A program made the translations under genes and the position numbers. DNA of 64,000 nucleotides from Styela clava (lineage: Eukaryota). A model generated the notes under the pieces. It was not told the origin of the DNA, did not search any database, and saw nothing but the letters and a program-made list of their open reading frames with translations. The DNA is taken from the NCBI RefSeq assembly GCF_964204865.1, contig NC_135250.1, positions 28,272,001 to 28,336,000 on the forward strand, in the 5' to 3' direction. Shown here piece by piece: positions 39,994 through 53,097 of the stretch (its first letter is position 1; every line of letters starts with the position of its first letter).

Positions 39994-42900
39994 ATGGCAA
40001 GTGTTTATTTTATCTTTTTGTTTTTGTTAGCTGGATCGACTTCAGGTAAGTTCCGCACCTCTGTTTTGGTGTAATTCCACTTTTTCGAATTTAATAAAAA
40101 ACTCATCAGTGACTTCCTTATGTGATGCATTTTAATGAGCTTCTGGTCTGTGGTCAAAACGGTTAATCTGACGATAATTTTCATAATGCTTTATTGCCTT
40201 TACGCAACTAGCTCTAGTACACAAATCCATTGATGCTATTAGACAAGAGGTGACAATTTTTGTTCCTAAAATACCGAAGAAAAGCAGATGGTAACCCGTT
40301 TCAAATACTTTACAAATCATATTCAAAAATGTGTTATGAATAGTGTAATGTGTAGTTACATTCCTTCAAATTATAAAACCGTGATTTTTCTTTAAAAATA
40401 TTAATAAAATGATTGAAATAGTTTCCTTAATTCAAATCATTGTCTAGCCTTGTTGAAAAAGTTTTGCAAAACGACATCGATCAAATAAATAAGTACAAAG
40501 GGGATTTCATGTATAAAGTTGGAATATATATGTATCACGACAATCTTCTTACACTTTTTTTTAGTCGCAACCAGCTTAGTTGAAACATGTGATGGACAAA
40601 TTACAAATGTTGATATTTCAGTAAGTATTAGTAAATAAAGTTCATTGTTTGCGTATAGAAATGATTGTTATGTAAGGTCCCTATACTAATAATCAAACGT
40701 AAAAATGATTCAGATTATGAGGAGCCGCATAGTAAACAATTATAATATGATTCATTTAATTTGTCATGATAAGCTTGTCGAGACTATTTTCTGAGAAAAC
40801 TGTTACCATTTATTCTCGGTACGTTTACTTAAATATATTTGTGTCAACATAAACATATTGCACGCCATTTTGCTACTGAAGGCTACTTAAGCGCTCATCG
40901 CCTTGCTTCTGTTAAATTTGTATGAATATAATTTCAAAAATCTAATTTCTTTGTTTTAGTTTGAAAGCGAAGAAGGTAAGCTCAACCTATTTTTATTGCT
41001 TAAATATTCTGGTATATATATAAAGTAGTGGGATTTAGAGGGCTTGCACAGTTCGCGCAAACCCAGTCTTGGAATGTCGTGATAATCAAGGAACCCGTCC
41101 TTGATTTTTTTGTTTTGTACGTTTGATTACTGCACAATATTGGACAAACTTCATATTTGGCGTTTCTATAGTTTGCTATTAGATCCAGGTAAAGAGTGTC
41201 GTGATAATGCATCTTACACAGTGGCATACATATATTCTGAAATGAGGGAATCTGTTGTTGATGAGTTCGATACAATAGAGAACTAGTTCCAAAATTTAAA
41301 TCCCACCACACATTAAACACACATTAATCGTATTCTGTGGATAGTTGGCCTATGTTCACAATTTATCTCTCAGTTCTGGGTAATTCTGGGTTCGCTCGTG
41401 ACTTAGTTTTCAGTGCACTGCTGAGTCTTTTAGCAATTTTACAGCTCCATTATAAGTCGGACTTCAATTGTTCCCTGTATTACGTCAAACATTGTTTTTC
41501 GGTATCTATGCTAAGGACGTATCTCTGTATACTTAGTATTTCCTGGTGTTTCAGGGCAGGCTTGTGACTTTACTTTGAAGCTTTCTTCTATTGAGTAATG
41601 AGCATATACGTAAATTTACCTCGAAATTCGCAGACTTAATAAGTGAACGCATGCCCATGACAAATTTTCATAAAAAGTTTACATAGATATTTTTCTGTAC
41701 TCCTGAAGTATGCGCACCAAGATGTCGCATAACTGAACCCTAACCTGGTACACAACCTGAATTCAGGTTGTGCGCCATCTTGGTGCGCATACTTCAGGAG
41801 TTCCTATTTTTCATTGTCTTTATTTTTTTAATTTTATTTTTTCAGATTTAAGAAATCAACTGACAGAGCACTTCATTTCACTTCTGACTAGGAATCCAAG
41901 ATTATTACATAGTGAAGTAACAATTCAGACAGAACTGGCACACATTCTAGGAAATACTGAATCCAAAACAGAAAGTCCACATAACTCTACAACTGGTAAT
42001 TTGACAACGACACCAAAACACGTCGGATCCACTGGAAAAGTAGAGACTGCAGATTCCTCTAAAATCTTACCGACCTCTGACAAACTTACAGTTTCACCTT
42101 TATTCTCTGCTGTAGATGATACAGAAACCAAATTTGTGACCTCTGGCGTAACTTCCAACTTCGAAACATCGACGTACTTCACCACCACAAGTGTAGCTTT
42201 GACTACTTTGTCAGGTATTTTAAGCACTTAACTATCATGAGAGGTTACGTAATTTAACTTCTTATTTCTTTTCCTTTCTTTTCACTGGTGGATTCGTATG
42301 CATGCAATGCAATAGTGCTGTAGCAAGAATATTGGCGCATACTGATCGAATTATTTTTGTGTATTTCTGCGTAACTTCAATGAAAATGTAGTAAATGAAA
42401 ACAATCCAATGAATATTCCGATCCTTCCAAAATGAGTAATTTCTAATATCAGTTGATACTTTTATACAACATTATTTTAATCAAAATTCGTTAATGACTG
42501 TCACATGACAAAATATATGAAGTAACTAACAGATAAGTCAGTCTTTAACAATAGTTTTGTTTACCAAATAAATGTTGTATTCTGCTAGCGTTTTTATTTC
42601 AACCATTGTGCTGATGATCTCGTATACCGTAATTTAATAATTCTGTAGCAAGAAAAGTTTATATATTAAAAGTTAAAGATTATAATATTCTAGGACAACA
42701 TATCTAATCTGTGGCGTTTGGAATTTGAAATCGAGATGTGAGACCTGCGTTCGCAAGACAGTTAAATCTAACTCTTTCACCACGAAGCTATCGCGACCAC
42801 AACTTTTCTAATATTTGGATCATTAAATCTAAATATTCACCAATAGCTTATGAGGTATATTAATGAATACTATAAATATGTAACTATGAAATTAACAGAA

Positions 42901-44079
42901 TGCGATTTCACTTTCGATGGAAAATGCTTCAAGATAGTCAACCCGGAACCGAATTATAAATCAAACTTTGACAAAGCGAAAAGTTTATGTAAATCATGTT
43001 CCATGTCCATGGGAAATATCTACAGCCTTGAACATTACAACAAAATTCAGAAATACATAAGAGATTATATTTTGAACTCCGGATCAATCGGAAACCTATT
43101 TCTGTGGACGGGAATGCGATACAGGGTTAGTAGTTACAATTCAGTATTTTTTCCAAAATGCATAGAGATATAATTTACAGGTATATGTTCGATGATCTGT
43201 AATGTGAAGTATTGTATTGCGTTAATTTTGACATCGAAATTCAATTTGAAAGAGGCCTTTCCTATGAGGTATTCATAATGTTTGGAGGTGGAAATATTGA
43301 CTGGAATATAATAACAAAACAGCTGTTTTGGCGAATAAATTCTTTACGTAAGAGAATTTAATTGTGAGACACGTGTAGACAAAAGTGTATTATAATCTAA
43401 CAAGTATAAAATTCTCGGTCATTGAGCCTGTATTTTAATTATAACAAATGGCAGATTGTATTTTTTGAGATGCAATTCAATGAGGAAATAAATCTATATT
43501 CTATTCGTGAGATGTATCACTGTTGATTTTCATTATAGAAGGTATCATCTGTTCGGTTTTCAAGTTTCTAAAAATTTGTGCGGCCCGGCAATGACTTGCA
43601 TCCTTTAATTTTGGCCCGCGAACGACAAAAGGTTGCCGACACCTGGTCTAATGGTTCCACTATACATACGATTAGTTAGAATATATGTTTGTCATCTGCG
43701 TTCAACAAATGATATTTGTCAACAGTCAATTTGCTGCTTGCTCTGATCCCTATTCTGTGCGTAGATGTGTGTGCAAGTGCATTGTCCCATAACCAGAAAG
43801 TAGTCTGAAAAACTGAGCTATAAATGCGATTCATATTAATATTTGTTCATTTCAATATCTCAGAACAAAGAAATACTTCAGACATCTGGGACAAAAAGCA
43901 AATTGTCAAATTGGCATATAAACTGGCCCAATACAGAAAAACATTACGAAAATATTGTGATCTGTGTGGACAGGAATGCAAATGAGGAAAAACAAGGGAT
44001 TTTGAACTACTTGCCGACTAAAACTTCTGTTAATGGAGCACTATGCGAACGGTCCATGGTCGGAGATGATGTCGAATGA
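39994..44079 (+). CDS. L3: secreted mucin-stalk C-type-lectin-like protein (about 311 aa)
   Basis: Exons 39994-40045, 40565-40620, 40960-40975, 41846-42214, 42899-43125, 43864-44079; all GT-AG, open frame. Signal MASVYFIFLFLLAGSTS; CDFTFDGKCF...LWTGM...QGILNY...GALC. Confidence 0.86.
41697..41804. mobile_element. Hairpin MITE with 9-bp TSD, copy 2
   Basis: Near-perfect inverted arms CTCCTGAAGTATGCGCACCAAGATG / CATCTTGGTGCGCATACTTCAGGAG; TSD TATTTTTCT/TATTTTTCA; ends about 40 nt before the L3 exon 4 acceptor. Confidence 0.82.
43546..43645 (-). mobile_element. Terminal fragment of the same hAT MITE family as 143-579
   Basis: The reverse complement CAGGTGTCGGCAACCTTTTGTCGTTCGCGGGCCAAAATTAAAGGATGCAAGTCATTG matches positions 143-200. 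Confidence 0.8.
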
Positions 44080-45767
44080 AAAACTTAAAAACATTTGATA
44101 CGAACTATAGTAAGCACTCTAACAATAACTTCGAAAAACACTATATGGTGGATTTACAATATACTTCTTAAAGACGACGATTAACTTTAAGCTAAGGTCA
44201 ATAGTGATTATAAGTACATCATGAACGAATGATTTATTGCAGAAAACCATTCCCACTGTTGTATCTACAAATTACCGCTAGATGCTATTTAAGATGTCAT
44301 TTTCATCCACTTTGCGTTGAGGGAATTCCTGAAGGACGCCCTTCGAATGGTGGAGGTGGTCTTGCTAGCATGTCTATCGCTGCATAAACTCTAACAATCT
44401 TTTTCATATATATATTGTGCGTGCTTTCTTTATTTTATGGACGGTAAATAAACACTATGCCACTGTGCCCGAATCGCACAGGAGTTCAATCAATTTTCTA
44501 TGATTTGACGATATTAAGATATTCTGTTTTTTTTTCTTTTTTTTTAAATTCAATTTTCTTAATGGTATAAGAGGCAGGCAAAAAGTTTTAAATGTAACAT
44601 AAAAAGTGCGAGATGTCGGGATGTGAGATTTTTTATTTTAAATATGCATACATTCTTTTTTCATACCAGATTAAATTTTGTGTGAATCATAATAAAAAAT
44701 AGAAAACTTATTTTTTGTATTAGTAGTTATACAGTTCAGATATCCCGTGGTCTATATTATTGGGGAAGGCAGTACTATCAGATACGAAGTGGAGTTGTTT
44801 ATCATTTGCTGGAATGTTTTTTTATTGGTATCAATATTTTCTTCTGTCTTTTCCTTATGGAACTGGCCCAAATTGCTTTCGAATAATCTATTCAGTTAGC
44901 TCATTTGTGCCCTATAATAATATGATACTGCCTCCACGTACACACAAAATATATGTTTATTTGAAACATGATAAAACGTAGTTTGCAGTTATTTTTTTCT
45001 TAAAACAACCAAGGAAAGAGCTGCATGAAACAGGAGCAATAATCGCATGCCACTCGCTAACCGCGGGTTGGCCAGCCATGTTCTAGAGTTATCGGGTTGT
45101 GATAATGTAGCGAGTTTTTTTGTATGTGTATGCTTATCGGGTTCAGGTAATCTGGACCTTGTTTCGGCCATACTTAAAACAAAAATGTGTTGAGAACTTC
45201 ATCTATAATTAAACTAAGGAATCTTTAGTTTATTAATTTTACGAGAAATGAAACAATATCACCTGCTTAAGCGAATGATTCTCCTCTACATTGTAAAATG
45301 TTTAAAAGATCTAACATACGAAGAGGAAAAATAACTTGTAAATTGAATATTTAAAACAATCTAATAAAATCTAGTTTTCTGATTTGCTTAGAATTGTGAA
45401 AATGGCCTTTTGATGCCTGCTCATCGAATATTTTAATTTCGTTATAACGTTTCAAAGCGGATGGAGACGGGGCCCGATTCGAAGAATATGATAGTAGTGT
45501 TGTTTTACCCAACTATTACATAATTACACGTAGTTGCAATATTTATTTTGGACACGATTCATCCATAATCCAATCCATTCTTCTTCTTATCGTTACAGAG
45601 CATCGGAGGAAATAGTTGGCAAAAACAGAATAATTAGCCACCGATTACATTCACGTTTTTATCGGTATTCATTTCATTGAAAATGTAAAGTAATATATGT
45701 AATTAATAAATTTTGCATAAAGGTAGTATTATATACATTAGATATATTTAACCTGGCAGATAACAGT

Positions 45768-46115
45768 GACGCATTCATATATTCAAAATAAATCTTTTAG
45801 TGTAAAATGTCAACCTATTAACATTAGTTAAATTTTGGGCACCACATAATGAAACTACCATTGATTCATTGTTTGTATACGCATTTCATTGGTCAAATTA
45901 GGCCATGCATATATTATTGAAAGGTCACAATATTTGTAGTAATATTACCTCTGGCTTCAATGTGGTGCAAATGAAAACACACATAGGCATTTAGTTCAAT
46001 GAACACTCTGACGCATCCTGTCGCTTAATAGTTCTGATAGGTACGATAAAAAGACATTTGTGCATTGTGTTCTACTTTGTCAGTACAGCATTGGAGGCAT
46101 CACGCTACAAACAAA
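45768..46115 (+). promoter_or_regulatory. Conserved upstream (promoter/5'UTR) block of L4
   Basis: Lies directly before the L4 ATG; close homologs at 52732-53060 (before L5) and gene-less copies at about 51255-51600 and 62051-62400. Regulatory function is inferred from position only. Confidence 0.5.
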
Positions 46116-46152
46116 AGATTTAGGTTGTACTTTCAGGCCAGAAAGAGTAAAA

Positions 46153-49100
46153 ATGGAAACAACCTTCTTTCTTTTTGTATTATTTCTATTCAATTGGAAA
46201 TGTTTGGGTGAGTTACAAGATGAAATTAGCATATTTGTATGACAATTATTTGGGTCGGTGTTGAAGCGTGAAAGCGACGTCATATAACGAAGTACACGCA
46301 ATCGTTTTTGCAATCGTTGAGTAATTGAATCAAAATCTATATTATATTTTATGAAATTAGGTAATAGATCTTTTTTTCGCATTAGGATAATTGCGCTATA
46401 CGTTATTATATTATATTATACGTTATTGTCTGGTGGTTAACGAGTCTGCTGCAGATTGTATATTAAATAGTTCATACAAATGACATCTTATATGGGGAAG
46501 ATATGAACTTAAAGATATCATATTGAATTTTCAAGTAGCTAGTACAATCTATAGGTGATAAAATTGTTGACGTTTTAGAGTGTACTCATAAAATTACTTT
46601 TTGTTGACAAATTATTACTATAGTTACAGCCGCAACCAATTCAGATGAGTCATGCGATGGGCATAGTGCAGCGTTTGAAATTGTGGTAAATACTTATATT
46701 TAATTTGCTAAACTAAAACAAACTAACTTCAAATATTAAAAATTGGAAACACAGAAAACTACAAAAAATGAATTAAAAACTCTAGAACATAGATGTCCAA
46801 CCTGCGGCCCGCGGGAGCAAAGTTGTTGAAAGCATTTAAAGAGAGTTTCGATTAATTGCAAAATTCGACGGTCTCTTTAAAATTTTGTATGCCTCCCGTT
46901 GACATTCGGGTAGAAGAGGCCCCAGAATATACGCAAAGAAGATAGAAAACTTATACTCTACAGTGAGTGTATCAATAATAATGAGACAAATGGTAATGCG
47001 TATTGCAGCGGCAATGGAAACAACGTATATGTGCAAATCTTTCTTTTCGAAATTGAAAGTTATGAAATCGGAGCATAGGAGTAAGCTGTCGAACGACAAC
47101 TTGACAAGCTAGTTAGTTACGTTGTGAGGTACCAAAGCCCAAAGCTAGCCGTTAATATTGGACAGTTGAGCAATAACATTCAAAAGCAAGTTTTGCACTA
47201 GTTGAAAAAAAAAAGAATTGCTGACTTCGTGTTGTCCGGGTGCAAGTTGTGAAAGGGTGAAATCCGCAAAAGAATCCAGGCGTTTGATTTAGCGACGCTC
47301 AAATTCTAACGTAAATCGGCACTGGGCTGGTATTCTAGTTGGGTAAAAACGTTTGTGCTCCTGAAGTATCCGTATAAAGATGGCGCACAACCTGAACATA
47401 GTATGTGTACCAGGTTATAGTTCAGGTTGTGCGTCATCTTCGTATAAAAATACTTCCGGAGCGCCAAAACGTTTGCGGCCCGCAATGAATTTCTTCATGT
47501 GAAAGTGGCCCGCGACACTAACAAGGTTGGACATGCCTGCTCTAGACAATTAAAATTACTTGAATATTACAATATATAAATATTTACAGCTGCTCTATCC
47601 GAACATAACTTCGTACTGGCAAATTGGCTAATGTAATATGTTTTAGGTACTTCAACGATTTATCATCATTAAATATTTAAAAACTTTTATTTTCAGTCTG
47701 AAAGTGAACATGGTGAGATTTGACTCTATGATAAATGCTCAATAAACCGCTCAAAGATAAATAAAACAGTGAAAAATTTTGATATTTAGCTCGGTATGGT
47801 ACTTTCCTATTTTTTTTTCATTACAATTCACACACACTTCAACATAAAGTATTTAAAACTAACATTTATTTATTTGGAGGATTGTAAATTGAGTCAATGA
47901 GAGATATGTATAAAGTGATCACCAAATCAGGAGTTGTAAGCTGTTAATACAATGTGATCTTGAATTTAATTTGTTGTCTGTCACCTTAGCTTTATCTCTG
48001 CTAAAATAAATATGAAGAAGTTCTAATTCTATTTCTTATTCTCGCACTTACTTCTTTGAAAATTTAAAAATCTAAATCACTATTACTGTGTTTTCAGATT
48101 TGAAAAGGCAACTGGAGGAAAAGTTCACGTCACTTTTGAGGAAGTATCCAAACTTGTTTCAAAGTGAAGTCAACATTCAAGCAACATTAAGAAACCCACA
48201 TGCGACAAAGACATCTTTCACAACATTACCAAATTTTTCAACAAATGCTTCATTCAATGCGACAAACAAACGACCCTGCCAATCTACCGCAAATACTCAC
48301 TCTATTAAACCTTTAACTGAAGCCTACAACAAAACAACCTCCAGTGTTACGACTTTCCCTATAACAACTAGAAACTTTATCTCCACTGCTGCATCAACTA
48401 TGGAAACACTAACTGATTCAACCGAAACCACAGTTATTCTCACAACTTTACCAGGTTAGCTATTCTATGCATTGTGTTTGTTATGTAACTCACCTTTGCA
48501 GGCTGAAGTTGTATGTAATATGCACCATGCCTTTGCTCTATATGAGATTTGTGTTTACAGAAACTAATGCGATTTAAAAAAAAAACTTCTTCTTTCGTTT
48601 GGCAGACAGTATTAAATTGTATTTCCTCATATTTGATTTAAGATATATGTGGAGCCATATACAACAACACTTGCTACATTGCGATCCTTAGGCTTGGAGA
48701 CTTCCAAAAGGCTGTGGAGTTATGCCAAGCTGAAAATTGGACTATGGCAAACATCTACAGTGCTGATCACTATGACATGATTGTCAACTACATACGACAA
48801 ACAATTTTGCCTTTTTGGAATATGGAGTATATTTACTTGTGGACAGGAATGGAATATAAAGTAAGTGAACTTTTTTTACTTTGTGATAGAATTTACTCGA
48901 TATAAAAACAGGAGGAGAAAATCCGTTTTGGGTATTTGTATTGACTAAATATTGAATCAAAAATGTTAATTTATGCAATGGGAAATTATATTCTATTTGA
49001 AACTTGTTAAATGCGATAAACTAAAAATAAGCTAGTCAAGGTGTACTAATTTAAAGCCTAATAACTTTGTTCCATTACGACTATTCGTATCATGCGTAAT

Positions 49101-49604
49101 ATACATATAATTGGATATAATGATAAAATAAAGTTCGACTAATTGTCATTAAGAAAACAACGCAAAAAATATAGCAATTATCTCATTATGCCAATTTTAT
49201 CTTGTTAGTCAAAAATCTGTAATTTGAGCTACTTTCATTTCACCCACATAGTAATAATTTTGCCAATCTACATAATATAATTAGTGCATTTAAAATATTG
49301 CAAAACAGTAAATTTCCCGTATAAATTATTGCTTTCCTTGATTTATGTGAATATGTGAAAATTCAAATAAGAAGTTTGAAAACCTCTTCTTTGTTGTTTT
49401 TTACAGAACAATCAAGTGTATCTTGATTCTGGCGAGACAATTTCTTTACCTGCTGAAATATGGTACCCTTCTTTTCCTCAAGACACTGCTTTAAGCTCGC
49501 ACATAGTTATTCGCATTGTATCAGATTCAGATTCGATTAGACAGGGACTTATGAACTATGAAGCTTCTCAACCCTGGTACGGGGCTTTGTGTGTAATGCC
49601 TTGA
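46153..49604 (+). CDS. L4: secreted mucin-stalk C-type-lectin-like protein (about 299 aa)
   Basis: Exons 46153-46207, 46630-46685, 47697-47712, 48098-48454, 48643-48860, 49407-49604; all GT-AG, open frame. Signal METTFFLFVLFLFNWKCLA; CGAIYNNTCY...LWTGMEYK...WYPSFP...QGLMNY...GALC. Confidence 0.88.
46788..47539 (+). mobile_element. Deleted hAT (Charlie/SPIN-like) element in L4 intron 2, with a transposase C-terminal remnant
   Basis: TIR CATAGATGTCCAACCT / AGGTTGGACATGCCTG; TSD CTCTAGAA/CTCTAGAC; about 47013-47109 translates as METTYMCKSFFSKLKVMKSEHRSKLSNDNL, the hAT dimerisation-domain motif. Absent at the paralogous site in L5. Confidence 0.9.
47355..47465. mobile_element. Hairpin MITE with 9-bp TSD, copy 3, nested inside the hAT element
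   Basis: GTGCTCCTGAAGTAT...ATACTTCCGGAGCGCC with TSD AAAACGTTT on both sides; loop is in the opposite orientation to copies 1 and 2. Confidence 0.8.
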
Positions 49605-50369
49605 AAGGTTTATTCTACATTCCACAAACTGCTAAGAGCTCATGTGTTAACACAACAATCCGTTTTGATATACTGTCTATGCATATTTAATGCTGCATTT
49701 TAACTCAAATGTATTTCTGTGAGATTGTCAGACTTCTTCAGACAATTAGACTTCAAAAATGACAAGAAATTCACAATCCTGTAGTTTAAATGTAGAGATA
49801 AATAAACTTGAAATTAAAATCTTAAAGAGATTGTATACAATTTGGATATAATATTGTTAACAACCACATGATAAAGACAAACCTCTAAATCTTTAAAGGC
49901 ATTCATATTTAATTTTTTAGTATGCATATCTTATATTATTCGGTACTTTTAGTTTAGTTTCTGTTGGTGGAATCGTCTAAAAATGATTGTACTTATGTCG
50001 ACGAGCATACGTAGTGAGATTTGAGGATTCCAGTTATGAATCCAAAGTATTATTCAAATGCAATAAATATATTTTTTGAATTTATAAAATTTCTAATGTT
50101 AATTTTTACTTTTTATGGTTGCTTCAGATAAACTTTTAATTTAAATGATGTATGTGAACTTGCATGAAATCGAACACTCTTAAATTATTAATTTTTGTTA
50201 AAAAGTCGGAGCGCAAATAAATTTCATCGAAACGTTCTGTACTTGGAATTGTAACTTATATAAACTTAAGATATGGTTGTAATGATTTTACAGAAATAAT
50301 AAACGTAAAAATATTAACAAATGTTAATGAAAAACGACTAATTACTGAGAGAATAATTTTACGGTAATT

Positions 50370-52400
50370 TGGAGCTTTTAGGGCTTAACAAACTTAATCT
50401 TAGCAACCAATCAGAAAACACATTTGTCTCAAATAAAACTATTAATACTATGAATTCTGACTGTGCCCATGCTCATTATATGTTTTGATCTAGAAATCAA
50501 ATGACCCACATAGCTCTGAACACCGACAAAAAATTCGAAAATTCCAACTACTGAATGCTGAATTTTATAACGAATTATTTGTAATAATAAAAAAGTATTG
50601 CTTCAAAAAGTATTGCTAAAAACATTTTAAAAGTTAATGGTATTTTTTACTGCTATTAGTTTCACTCTTTTCTTCTTTTGTTTTTAATTGCACTTTCTAC
50701 CATTTTGTTCAAATAGCTTTTCAGTTATTTCCTATACGTATTCTATGTATGTAAAGCAAAACTTAAATGAAGACTCGTTTCAATTTTGAAATTCAACCTG
50801 TCATTATGTGGCGTTTGGTGAATTTATGTTTGAGTTTTCTATTTGTAGCTAATGAGGTTTAGGTAATTTGGACATTGCCTCCATCATACTTGTACAGAAT
50901 TGTGTTGAGTGCATCATTTAAATTTGGTCATTAAAAATATTAGGTTATTGATTTAATGGGGAACTTAACTATACCAATGTTACTGCTTAGGCAAATAGTT
51001 CCTCCACATTGTATACATTTTAAAAGATGTAATAAACGGAGGGAAAAATAAAGTGCAATATTAAAAATTAAATATTCGAGGAAAATTAAGTTTACTGTAA
51101 TTACTGTAATAAAGAAAATAACCTTGTAATGACTGCTCATTGAATATTTCGATTTTGATATTCAACTAATGGTAACAGGACCCGAATCAAAGTTCTGATA
51201 AATATAGTAATACAATTACTCTGGATATTGTTAACCAAACTGGTAACATTTAAAGCATTCCTATATTTAAAATAAATGTTTTTAGTGTCAAATGTCAACC
51301 GGTTGACTTCGGAAACATTAAACGTTGTGCACCACTTGAGGAAATTACTATTGATGCACTGATTGCATACAAATTTTCTTGATCAGGTTAGGCCATGCAT
51401 TTACTAATAAAAGTTCACTATATTTATCTTAAAATTATCCCCGGCTTTAATGTGACAAATGAAACCACTCACATAGGCATTTAGTTCGAAGAATCCTTTG
51501 ACTCATCTTGTCGCCTAATAGTTCTGATAGGTATGATAAAAAGTCATTTGTGCATTGGTTTCTACTTTGTCAGTACATCCTGGGACATCACGCAGCGAAC
51601 GAGAAGTGTATAGCGTTTTTTACATTTGTTTTGTGACAAATTGATCGTACCTATAAGATTGTAGGATTAACAAACAGACTCACACTTCAAGCAAGTATTC
51701 AAAAACAACTTTGTTTCAAATAAATATACCAACATCATCAACTCTGTTTGTGCACGTGGTTTTTATGTTCCTTTGAGATTATACTGTTTTGACTTAGAAA
51801 TTGAATGGCTGTCATGTCTTTGAACACTGAAATAAAAGTCAAAAATTCAAATTATTGACTGCTAAATTTTACAACAAATTATTCGTAATAATGAAAAATT
51901 ATTGCTTATTTTTTTCACAAGGTAATAATATTTTTACTGCTATCATTTTTACTCTTTTCATCTTTTGTTTAGAATTGCACTTTCTACACTTCTGTTTACA
52001 TGTCTATTCAAATATTTCCTTTGTTCTATATTTGAAAAACAAATATATTCCTAAATCAAGACTCGTTTGACTTTTAGAATTCAACATTGGTGTAACAGTT
52101 GTGGTGACATTTTAATAGGTCCTGGAGTACGGTTTTTTTTATGTTTAGGGTGCTAGCATATATTGATCTGTGTTGAGAGAATAATAAAATACACAGTTTT
52201 TTGCATGAGTCTACCTGAGTCTCGTCTCAGCATGCAACAAAAGGTATAAGAAGTTATAATGTAGCGTTTGGTAATTTTGAGTTTTCTATTTGTAAGCTAA
52301 TGAGGTTTAGGTAAACTGGACATTGCTTCTATCATACTTGTACAAAAATCTGTTGAGTGCATCATTTAAATTTGGTCATGAAAATTATTAGGTTATTAAT
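50370..52400 (+). repeat. Local segmental duplications of L4/L5 intergenic DNA
   Basis: Blocks such as GAGTTTTCTATTTGTA(A)GCTAATGAGG...TGGACATT recur at about 50830, 52280 and 61695; TTTTGA(T)C(T)TAGAAAT recurs at about 50484, 51787 and 62565. Confidence 0.75.
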
Positions 52401-53097
52401 TTCATGAGAAAAAAAACTCGAAGCGGATGGAAACAAAGCCCGATTCAATGGTTTTTGTAGCGGTATAGTTTTATCCAGCTATTACATAATTACACGTAAA
52501 TGCAACATTTCATTTGCATATTATTCATCCATAATCCAATCCATTCTTCTTCTAATCGTTACAGACAATCGGAGGAAAAAGTTTGCAAAAACAGGATAAT
52601 TAGCCACCGATTACATTCACGATTTTATCGATATTCATTTCATTGAAAATGTAAAGTAATAGATGTAATTAATTAATTTTGCATAAATGTAGTATTATAT
52701 ACATAAGATATATTTAACCTGGCAGATAACAGTGACGCATTCATATATTCAAAATAAAATCTTTTAGTGTAAAATGTCAACCTATTAACATTAGTTAAAT
52801 TTTGGGCACCACATAATGAAACTACCATTGATTCATTGCTTGTATACGCATTCCATAGGTCAAATTAGGCCATATATGTACTATTAAAAGTCACAATATT
52901 CGTAGTAATATTATCCCTGGCTTTAATGCGGTGCAAATGATAACACACACATAGGCATTTAGTTCGATGAAAACTCTGACGTATCCAGTCGCTTAATGGG
53001 CATTTGTGCATTGGGTTCTACTTATTCAGTACAGCATTAGGGCATCACGCTACAAACGACATATTTAGGCCGTATTTTTAAGCCAGGAATAGTAGAA

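Noticed and set aside
41020-41570. Higher-GC stretch in L3 intron 3 with a twice-occurring ECRDN peptide
   Set aside because: Frames are closed by stops and no compatible splice sites were found; probably a decayed insertion that I cannot classify.
27555-42227. Hydrophobic minus-strand ORFs (27555-27938, 36892-37098, 41925-42227)
   Set aside because: Antisense shadows of the Thr/Ser-rich stalk exons; ACN codons read as Val/Gly-rich sequence on the other strand.
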